From NCBI GenBank assembly GCA_039201605.1, contig JBCCRO010000005.1, positions 128,489 through 192,488 of the forward strand: DNA of 64,000 nucleotides. The letters are read 5' to 3'. Of the stretch, positions 8,617-15,438 are shown one piece after another. Source of the stretch: Actinomycetota bacterium (lineage in GTDB: Bacteria; Actinomycetota; Acidimicrobiia; Acidimicrobiales; SZUA-35). How positions within the stretch are numbered: the first letter of the stretch is position 1; every line of letters begins with the position of its first letter. Both the position numbers and the translations under genes were made by a program. Below the pieces are notes generated by a model, which saw only the letters and a program-made list of their open reading frames with translations, made no database searches and was not told where the DNA came from.

Positions 8617-9635
8617 CCGGCACCGCCACCAAGCCGGTTGCGCTCTGGCGGGTGGATCTCGAAGACTACGTACACGTCCTCGAGGTGAGCCCGGACCGCT
8701 CCCAGGCCGTCGCCGGCTCCCTCGGCGGCGACGCGGTGCTGATCGACGGGAATTCCGGTTCGATCTCCCCGCTCGAGCGTCACGAGATGGGGGCGTTGTG
8801 TGCCGCCTGGTCGGCGGACGGCCTGTCGGTCGCCGTCGGTGGGCAGGACGGTCGTGTGCGAATCTACGACCGGTCCGGCGCGGCTCAGGGCGTCATCGAG
8901 ATGTCGACATGGGTGACCGCCCTGGCCTGGTCGCCGGCTGCACCCGTTCTGGCGATCGGCGCAGGCAAGCGGCTGCTGATCGCCGATGCAGCCGGGGCTC
9001 CGGTCGCCGACTTCGATGATCAGCGATCGACCGTCACCGCGATCGCCTGGTCTACCGATGGCACCCGCGTGGGTGTAGCCGCCTACGGCGGCGTCGGCTG
9101 GCACGATGTCATCGGCGAACGGACGGGCAAGCGCCGCCGCTTCAACTGGAAGGGATCGCTGCTCTCGCTCGCAACCTCGCCTGACGGCAAGTGGGCGTGT
9201 GCCGGAGGCCAGGACGCCACCGTGCAGCTCTGGAAGCTCTGGAGCGGCAAGGACTTCTCGATGTCCGGCTATCCGTCCAAGATCGAGCGGATCGGCTTCA
9301 GCCCGGACGGTCGCTGGCTGGCCGTGGCCTGCCTCACCGAGCTCACGCTCTGGGATTTCGGCGGGCGAGGCCCCGCCGGGACGATGCCGGCCTCCGGAGC
9401 AGGTCATGAGAAGCCGATCGAGGACCTGGCCTGGGAGCCGTCGGGGTCGGCGATCGCCACCGGCGGTGGCGATGGGCGGATGATCGTGTGGAGGGCACCG
9501 ACGCGCTCGGGCCAGCGGCTCTCGGCGATCGCGGCGCTGGAGTCCTACGCCCAGGCCAGTCGGCTTGGATGGATCGACGAGGGAAGCCTGCTCGTCGGCC
9601 GGTCCGACGGGGGTCTGGTGAAGTTGGCGCTGTAG
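8613..9635 (+). CDS. WD40-repeat (beta-propeller) protein
   Basis: Repeated blades (GGQDGRVRIYD, TAIAWSTDG, GGQDATVQLWKLW, IGFSPDGRWLAV, GGGDGRMIVWR). GTG at 8613 overlaps the COG0523 stop as GTGA; an alternative GTG lies at 8604. Confidence 0.8.
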   Translation: MTGTATKPVALWRVDLEDYVHVLEVSPDRSQAVAGSLGGDAVLIDGNSGSISPLERHEMGALCAAWSADGLSVAVGGQDGRVRIYDRSGAAQGVIEMSTWVTALAWSPAAPVLAIGAGKRLLIADAAGAPVADFDDQRSTVTAIAWSTDGTRVGVAAYGGVGWHDVIGERTGKRRRFNWKGSLLSLATSPDGKWACAGGQDATVQLWKLWSGKDFSMSGYPSKIERIGFSPDGRWLAVACLTELTLWDFGGRGPAGTMPASGAGHEKPIEDLAWEPSGSAIATGGGDGRMIVWRAPTRSGQRLSAIAALESYAQASRLGWIDEGSLLVGRSDGGLVKLAL

Positions 9636-9695
9636 CCACTCCAGCGTCGACCGGTGGCGATGACCGTCCATCGAGGGTCTGACTAGGGTGGGAGT

Positions 9696-10163
9696 ATGAG
9701 TCCGCAGCCATCCGAGATACATGAGCTGATCTCGGCGCGACTCCGCGAGTCAGGCCAGCTCTACACCACGGGCCGACGAGGCCTCGTCGAGCTCCTTCTC
9801 CGATCCGGTCGCCCCGTCTCGATCCCCGATCTACTGGCGTCGGACGCCGGGCTCACCCAGAGTTCGCTCTACCGCAACCTCTCCGCCCTGGAGGGGATGG
9901 GTGTCGTGCGACGGGTCGTCGGCGTCGAAGAGCTGAGTCGCTACGAGCTGTCGGTCGACATCATCGGTCACCACCACCACACGATCTGCACCGAGTGTGG
10001 GGTCGTGGAGGATTTCCACCTCCCGACCGCAGCCGAGGATGCACTCCGGGCGGCCCTGCTCGCCGCCCAGGCCGAGAGCGGATTCCAACCGGCGTCCCAC
10101 TGTGTCGACCTGCTGGGGACCTGCTCCGGTTGCGTCGGCTCGGCCGACTCATCGGTCGCCTGA
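9696..10163 (+). CDS. Fur-family metalloregulator (Fur/Zur type, metal specificity unresolved)
   Basis: Winged-helix N-terminus (SIPDLL...TQSSLYRNLSALEGMGVV), GHHHHTICTECG and a C-terminal CSGC motif. RBS GGGTGGGAG upstream. Confidence 0.9.
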   Translation: MSPQPSEIHELISARLRESGQLYTTGRRGLVELLLRSGRPVSIPDLLASDAGLTQSSLYRNLSALEGMGVVRRVVGVEELSRYELSVDIIGHHHHTICTECGVVEDFHLPTAAEDALRAALLAAQAESGFQPASHCVDLLGTCSGCVGSADSSVA

Positions 10164-10192
10164 AACCGGCACCGGGATCTTCGGGCGCGCCG

Positions 10193-10543
10193 TCACGTCC
10201 GACGCCGGCGTTCGAAGGCGAGCGCTTCGAGGTTTGCCGGCAACGGCATCGGTGCGCTGGCGTCGAGCCAATCGCAGAGCTCATCGGTGAGCGTGTCGCT
10301 GTTGAGCGACCCGAGCCAGATCGACTCTCCGGGGCGTGGACGGACGATCACGAGGTTGGAGTGGCTGCACTCGTCGACGCAGTCGACGACTCGAGTCCGG
10401 GCCACCGATGAGATGGCGACAACCTGCTCCTCGTGGTCGATCTCCGGGTGCTTTCGCGTCGAACCACAGCAGCAGCCCCGGCAGACGAGAACCCGGGGCG
10501 ACGGGCGCGCCGTTCGGGCATCGGGGACCCGAGCCTCAGTCAT
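10193..10543 (-). CDS. Cys-rich thioredoxin-like [2Fe-2S] ferredoxin-domain protein
   Basis: MTEARV...VLVCRGCCCGSTRKHPEIDHEEQ...VVDCVDECSHSNLVIVRP...IWLG. ATG at 10543 overlaps the ABC ATPase stop (ATGACTGA). The upstream part of the track ORF is antisense-frame noise. Confidence 0.6.
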   Translation of the reverse strand: MTEARVPDARTARPSPRVLVCRGCCCGSTRKHPEIDHEEQVVAISSVARTRVVDCVDECSHSNLVIVRPRPGESIWLGSLNSDTLTDELCDWLDASAPMPLPANLEALAFERRRRT

Positions 10544-11318
10544 GACCGACCGGGCTCGGAGCAGGTGGGCCGAAGGCGAAACACACGTGGCCGCCGTCGG
10601 CCAATCGGCGTACCTCGATGCCGTAGACCGGTTCGAGCACGTCGCTGCGCAGCACCTCTCCCGGCGCCCCTTGGTGGACGATCCGCCCGTTGTCGAGCAG
10701 GGCCACGTGATCGCAGTATCGACCGGCGAGGTTGAGGTCGTGCAGCACGACGATCGTGTCGAGTTCGAGGCCACGGACCAGCGCAAGGGTCTCGTGTTGG
10801 AAGCGGATGTCGAGATGGTTGGTGGGCTCGTCGAGCAACATGACCGGGCTCTGCTGGGCGATGCAGCGGGCGATCATCACCCGCTGGCGTTCACCACCGG
10901 ACAGCTCACCCACGGAGCGATCGGCGAATCCGGCGAGATCGACGAGCTTGAGAGCATCGAGGCTGACGGCCCGATCCTCCTCGGTGAAGCTCTGATGGTC
11001 GCCACGATGAACGTGTCGACCGAGAAGGACGAACTCCCCCACCGAGATGTCGATCCCGTCGACCGCGGAGTCCTGGGCCACCACGGCGATCGATCGCGCC
11101 ACGACCCGCTGCCCCAGCGAATCGATGGCGTCACCGTCGATGAGGACAGCCCCCCGCCTCGGCCGCAGCATGCCGTAGAGACAACGCAACAGCGACGACT
11201 TGCCGCTGCCGTTCGGACCGATCAGGCCCACGACCTGCCCGGGGCGCGTGGAGAGCTGCGCCCCGGACAGGACATCCGCCGCACCCAGACGAAGATGGAT
11301 GTCATTGGCGGTGAGCAT
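10536..11318 (-). CDS. ABC transporter ATP-binding protein (iron-chelate/FecE-like)
   Basis: Walker A GPNGSGKSSLL, signature LSGGERQRV, Walker B MLLDEPTNHLD. Confidence 0.9.
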   Translation of the reverse strand: MLTANDIHLRLGAADVLSGAQLSTRPGQVVGLIGPNGSGKSSLLRCLYGMLRPRRGAVLIDGDAIDSLGQRVVARSIAVVAQDSAVDGIDISVGEFVLLGRHVHRGDHQSFTEEDRAVSLDALKLVDLAGFADRSVGELSGGERQRVMIARCIAQQSPVMLLDEPTNHLDIRFQHETLALVRGLELDTIVVLHDLNLAGRYCDHVALLDNGRIVHQGAPGEVLRSDVLEPVYGIEVRRLADGGHVCFAFGPPAPSPVGHD

Positions 11319-11324
11319 CGTCGA

Positions 11325-12402
11325 TCACTCGGAGATCTGGTCGCCGAGCTCGGAGAGGCCGTCCACCACGAGAGGGGTGGGCGGCTCGGCGAAGTTGAAC
11401 AGCAGCGGGTACACGGCCCCGTCGTTGACCGCCGTGATGCTGTCGGCACCGGGCAGGTCGGTGACGAGTGCGCTGATCTCCTCGGGCGTGAGACCGGTGT
11501 CGTCGTAGAGGAGCACCAGGACCTCGGGGTCCCGGCCGATCGCCTCCTCGATGGACACCTCGGGGACTCGCTCGCTCAACTCCTCGAAGACGTTGTCCAT
11601 CCCCAACGCGACCATCAGGGGGTGGACCATGCCGAGCGACGAGTAGGCGTAGATCGCACTGCCATCGGAACTGACGTAGAGCGCAGCCGCCGTCTTGCCG
11701 TCGGCCACCGGGGCGTCGGCCGCGGCCGACACCAGGGACTCCAGCGCTGAGGCGTTCGCCTCGGCGATCTCCGATGTGCCGAACAGCGTTCCGTAGAAGC
11801 GGACCTCCTCGGCGATGCTCTCGAACGACGGCGTCGGCGGGCTGTCGCAGAACGGAGGCATGATGTACAGCTGAATCCCCACGTCGCCGAGCGAGTCGTG
11901 GGTGATGGTGGCGGTGTCGTAGCCGATCACGAGGTCGGGCTCGAAGTTGATGATCTCCTCGACCGAGACCTCGACACCGCCGGTGGAGGTCGCCTCGGCG
12001 ATGAGTGCGGGGATCTCGTTGAGCAGCACGAGCTCGTCGGCGGTGTAGTACTCCTCGGGGAAGTCCTCGATGCGTGCGATCACACGGTCCATCGCCCCGG
12101 CGGCGAAGAGCAGCGAGGGCGCAGCCGCCTCCATCAGCATCACCCGCTGCGGGGGTTCGTCGATGGTGAACTCCTGGCCGCAGTTGGTGAAGGTGAGCGG
12201 GAAGCCCGCCGCGGTGGGATCGTCCTCTTCGACATCGGCTGTCGGGGCCTCGACGTCGTCGGTCGCCGAGGTGGTCTCGGTCGTCTCTCCGGAGTCGGAA
12301 CTCGACGACTCGGACGAGTCGTCGCTACCGCAGGCCGCCGCCAACAGGACGGCGACGATCAGCAGCGCTAGCGCTCGCAGCTTGTGGGGTGACGATTGCA
12401 CG
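11325..12402 (-). CDS. ABC substrate-binding lipoprotein (periplasmic binding protein, siderophore/cobalamin class)
   Basis: GTG at 12402 preceded by GAAAGGAA. Signal plus lipobox (LLIVAVLLAAACGSD), Ser/Asp/Glu/Thr-rich linker, PBP-like core (PQRVMLMEAAAPSLL, PDLVIGYD). Confidence 0.85.
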
Positions 12403-12432
12403 GGTTTTCCTTTCGAGAGCACCACGGGGTGC

Positions 12433-13518
12433 TCAGGTGTTGTGAGGTAGTTTGCGAACCAAGGCGATGAGGACCGGGGCGCCGAGGACGCCGGTGACGA
12501 CACCGATCGGCAGCTCACGGGGCTGAAGGGCCATCCGGGCGACGACGTCGGCCCACACCAACATCAGCGCGCCGAGAGCGGCGGCTGCGGGGATCAGGTG
12601 ACGGTGGATCGGTCCGACGAGTCGCCGGGCGATGTGGGGGCCGGCGAGTCCCACGAAGCCGATCCCGCCCGACAGCGACACGGCGAACCCGACGCAGAGC
12701 GCGATCACGACGACGAGCACCAGGCGCGTCCTCGCCGGGTCGACACCGCTGGCCATCGCCGTCTCGTCGCCGAGAGCAAGCAGGTCGAGTCGGCGGCGCC
12801 ACCAGAAGACCAGCCCGATGCCGGCGGTCATCCCCAGGTAGCCGACCGGCAGCGTCGACCAGTCGGCGTTGGCCAGCGACCCCAGAAGCCAGAACATGAC
12901 CGCACGGGCGCCCTCGGCGCTCTCGGCGAAGAGGATGAGCAGACTGGTGGTGGCGCTCAGCAGGTAGCTGACGGCGACGCCGGCGACGAGCATCCGCGAC
13001 GGGGTGATGCGGCCGCTCGACCGCGCCAGGCCGAGAACGAGCGCAAGGGCGGCCAGCGCGCCGAAGAAGGCCATGAGCGAAACGGCGTGAACCCCCAGTC
13101 CCGCCCCGACCCCGAAGAGAATGGCGGCCGCAGCGCCAGTCGACGCTCCCGAGCTGACGCCGAGGATGTACGGCTCGGCCAACGGATTCCGGACGAGGGC
13201 CTGGAGGGCGGCACCGACGACACCGAGTGCGGCACCGACGATCGCACCGAGCAACACGCGGGGAAGTCGAACCTGCCACACGATCGCGTCATCGGTCCTC
13301 GCCCACGTCACCTCGGCGGGCACACCGATCGCATGGTGGCCGATGATCTGCACGACGACGGACGGTGCGACCTGGACCGGCCCCAGACCGATCGCCACGA
13401 CCACCGACACGATCGCGGCGAACGTCAAGGCGATCAACAGAGGTCGGCGACTCCACGCCCAGCCGGCGTCGGAACGCGCCGAGCCAGCCACCATCACCGG
13501 TTCGGCTTGCGTGGTCAT
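12433..13518 (-). CDS. FecCD-family ABC permease
   Basis: VRLPRVLLGAIVGAALGVVGAALQALVRNPLAEPYILGVSSGAS is a canonical FecCD/BtuC permease signature. About 9 TM segments. Confidence 0.9.
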   Translation of the reverse strand: MTTQAEPVMVAGSARSDAGWAWSRRPLLIALTFAAIVSVVVAIGLGPVQVAPSVVVQIIGHHAIGVPAEVTWARTDDAIVWQVRLPRVLLGAIVGAALGVVGAALQALVRNPLAEPYILGVSSGASTGAAAAILFGVGAGLGVHAVSLMAFFGALAALALVLGLARSSGRITPSRMLVAGVAVSYLLSATTSLLILFAESAEGARAVMFWLLGSLANADWSTLPVGYLGMTAGIGLVFWWRRRLDLLALGDETAMASGVDPARTRLVLVVVIALCVGFAVSLSGGIGFVGLAGPHIARRLVGPIHRHLIPAAAALGALMLVWADVVARMALQPRELPIGVVTGVLGAPVLIALVRKLPHNT

Positions 13519-13610
13519 CCGGGCAGCAACCCGCTCCCGCCGGCCGCTCCGACTCGATCGTCGGACCGTCGCCGTCCCGTGTCGACATCCATCGCCCAGA
13601 CCCTACCCTT

Positions 13611-13637
13611 GAATAGGAATGATTCCTATTCTCATTC
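13611..13637 (-). promoter_or_regulatory. Fur/Zur-box-like palindromes upstream of the ABC importer operon
   Basis: The plus strand reads GAATAGGAAT-G-ATTCCTATTC (perfect 10-1-10 palindrome, 13611-13631) followed by TCATTC. Read on the minus strand it is GAATGAGAATAGGAATCATTCCTATTC. It shares the exact 10-mer GAATGAGAAT with the box at 7608-7617, in the same orientation relative to the downstream gene. Confidence 0.6.
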
Positions 13638-13991
13638 ACGCCCGGGGCGGCCGATCGCGACCCTGTCGCCCGCGGACCCGGCCAAAGCGGTCCGGAGTGG
13701 CTCGAATCTCAGATCGACGAGAAGATCGGGCTGGGTCCGCAAGGCCGCTGGTGACCGCGACGACGACGTCGAGATGAACCTCTGGATCTCCGTCGCCAGC
13801 GTCACCGATGACGCCGACGGCTTCGCCGAAGTCGTCGCCCCCGGCTTCGGCGTGCGACGTCCTTCCATCCACGACAGCCTGCGACCTCGCCGGCGTCGTG
13901 GCGGAGCTGACCGGCAACTAGGCACTCGAGCTGATCAAGGCGTCAACGCAGCAGGAACAGCCACATCGTCCCGTCGCAGAGCACGCGTGGG

Positions 13992-14011
13992 ATAGATGCC
14001 GAATAGATGCC
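13992..14011. repeat. direct repeat ATAGATGCC x2 at 11-bp periodicity
   Basis: ATAGATGCC-GA-ATAGATGCC at 13992-14000 and 14003-14011, in an AT-richer patch next to the tRNA terminator. Confidence 0.5.
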
Positions 14012-14040
14012 ATCCAGGGTGCTCTGCTCCCCGGAACGAC

Positions 14041-14079
14041 GAAACCCCAGACCTGCGCTGGGCGCTGACCTGGGGTTTC
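14041..14079 (-). terminator. hairpin downstream of tRNA-fMet (second copy of the repeated palindromic element)
   Basis: GAAACCCCAG-acctgcgctgggcgctgac-CTGGGGTTTC, a 10-bp stem. T-run follows on both strands (GGGGTTTC). Confidence 0.6.
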
Positions 14080-14106
14080 CCGCAACTCGCCGTGCGAGTT
14101 GCCGAG

Positions 14107-14180
<74 letters not shown>

Positions 14181-14249
14181 GTGAAGTGAGTACCCAACGT
14201 TAACAGGCGGTGTCACCAGTTCCACCGGGAATCCGGCGTACCCGAGTGC

Positions 14250-14606
14250 TCAAACCGGCCAGGCACCACGATCGGCCGCCGACCAGGGGTGGATGGCGAC
14301 GACGGATTCGTGCCGGAGGGGTCCGTGGAGGTGCGGGAAGTGTTCGCCGGGATAGACCTCCGGCCACCGCACCTCGTCGACCAGACCGTCGGGATCGATC
14401 TCGATCAGTACCAGGTCCGCATCGCCCGCATAGTGGCGTTCGGTCGAGCCGAGCACCTGGCGGGCGGTCGACAGATGGACGAAGCCCTCGCTCTCCAACG
14501 ACGGCGGGCGGAGCATGCCGACGGCGGCGAGAGCGGCGGCATCGGCCGGTGAGGCGATGTGGAAGAGGCGGCGATCGTCGCCGGCGGGGTCATCTGCGGT
14601 GGACAC
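14250..14606 (-). CDS. DUF952 domain-containing protein
   Basis: LFHIASPADAAAL...SLESEGFVHLSTARQVLGSTERHY...LVLIEIDPDGL...VRWPEVYPGEHFPHLHGPL matches the DUF952 pattern (GFIH.S...Q, FPHLYG). GTG start. Confidence 0.75.
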   Translation of the reverse strand: MSTADDPAGDDRRLFHIASPADAAALAAVGMLRPPSLESEGFVHLSTARQVLGSTERHYAGDADLVLIEIDPDGLVDEVRWPEVYPGEHFPHLHGPLRHESVVAIHPWSAADRGAWPV

Positions 14607-14656
14607 AGGCCCGAGTATCGCAGGGCGCCGACCCGACGTACCGGGCCCGACGCGAC

Positions 14657-14686
14657 GAAGCGGCCGGTTGGATGTTCGGCCGCTTC
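14657..14686. other. perfect 10-bp-stem hairpin (possible factor-independent terminator without U-tail)
   Basis: GAAGCGGCCG-gttggatgtt-CGGCCGCTTC, between the 34-codon ORF and the DUF952 gene. Confidence 0.4.
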
Positions 14687-14803
14687 ATCGTTCGGGGTGC
14701 CTCGGGCACATCTGGCGTGCGTGGCGTGGCGGTGCGTACAGGCCGTCCCGTGGCCACCCTGCTCACCTCCCGTCAAGACGAAGATTCGGGAGATGAGATC
14801 ATG

Positions 14804-14979
14804 TTGGGGGATCTTGCAAGGCCCCGGTGTGGCCGTCGCGGTGCTAGGTATCCCGCAACGACCACACCTGAGGCGTGCCGGCGGCACGTTCAGTGCTCAC
14901 CGTGAGATCTCCGGGGGAGAAAAACCGACCACGGCGGAATGGATCGGAAACCCGGAGATCCGATTCTCAGATCCCCCAA
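14804..14979. repeat. 11-bp long-range inverted repeat TTGGGGGATCT / AGATCCCCCAA
   Basis: 14804-14814 is TTGGGGGATCT and 14969-14979 is AGATCCCCCAA, its exact reverse complement. The pair brackets a hairpin-rich non-coding stretch. Confidence 0.5.
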
Positions 14980-14987
14980 TCTGAGAA
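14964..14987 (-). terminator. hairpin immediately downstream of the 34-codon ORF
   Basis: TTCTCAGAT-cccccaa...ATCTGAGAA, a perfect 9-bp stem starting 4 nt after the TGA at 14991-14993. A second hairpin ATCGGA/TCCGAT (14943-14964) follows, then a T5 run on the minus strand (complement of GAAAAACC near 14919). Confidence 0.5.
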
Positions 14988-14990
14988 CTG

Positions 14991-15095
14991 TCAGATCATC
15001 GTCCCGCCGGCGGCGAGGAAGGCGCCGAGGGGGGTGGTGGCGATGGCCAGCGTGCCGAGAACGGTGGCCGAGGTGAAAGCGATGGCTTTACGCAT
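14991..15095 (-). CDS. unlisted 34-aa small ORF, signal-peptide-like micropeptide (candidate secreted propeptide)
   Basis: Hand translation: ATG at 15095, TGA at 14993-14991, MRKAIAFTSATVLGTLAIATTPLGAFLAAGGTMI. GGAG lies 7 nt upstream of the ATG (GGAGCACTGTAATG). GC3-rich codons inside an AT-richer region. Basic n-region, hydrophobic h-region, AIA-TT putative cleavage site. Hairpin right after the stop. Below the 60-aa cut-off of the ORF track. Confidence 0.5.
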   Translation of the reverse strand: MRKAIAFTSATVLGTLAIATTPLGAFLAAGGTMI

Positions 15096-15438
15096 TACAG
15101 TGCTCCGTGTGTGATGTGGGCCAACCACGTCGACCCAGTTCTGAGAAGCGAGCGGCTGAGGCGCTTACCAACAACTCCGCAGCTCGTACTCTCGCCGATT
15201 CTGTTATCAGCCTGATCTACCGTCTGGTCTGGACCACTCAGCCCGTTGTCCGCCTGGTTGATCATCACTGTTTGAACATCGACAAGCGTGTCTCACCGCT
15301 CTCTCTTGAGAGTCTCAGAAATCCTCTACCTGAGTGACAGAGCAGAGGGTCATCCATCGAAGATGTATCCTGACCTGGACCTTTGCCGACCTTTCGGCAT
15401 TCTCGAAATTCGGAGAATTTCTCGGACCAGCTGAAGGC

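Noticed and set aside
13519-13610. Cobalamin riboswitch upstream of the BtuC/FecCD-type importer (considered because a CobW-like gene is nearby)
   Set aside because: The leader is only ~90 nt and lacks a B12-box (GCCACTG-like) or the conserved GGGAA/GGTG core. The AT-rich palindrome indicates protein-mediated control instead.
12598-13995. 465-aa plus-strand ORF over the FecCD permease gene and beyond
   Set aside because: It is antisense to a canonical permease, and its translation is Arg/Asp/Gly/Pro-rich. Only its last ~250 nt (13750-13995) lie in intergenic DNA, and that part is treated separately as a possible remnant.
14943-14987. Possible 6C-type sRNA on the plus strand (two adjacent hairpins with C-containing loops AACCCGGAGA and CCCCCA)
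   Set aside because: The loops carry only 3 and 5 cytosines and the overall length and shape do not match what I recall of the 6C family. The hairpins are equally well explained as the terminator of the minus-strand small ORF. I cannot decide without a covariance-model scan.
15107-15337. 76-aa plus-strand ORF in the spacer downstream of the SARP regulator
   Set aside because: It has poor third-position GC compared with every confident gene in the window, no RBS and no recognisable motif. The region is more likely regulatory.
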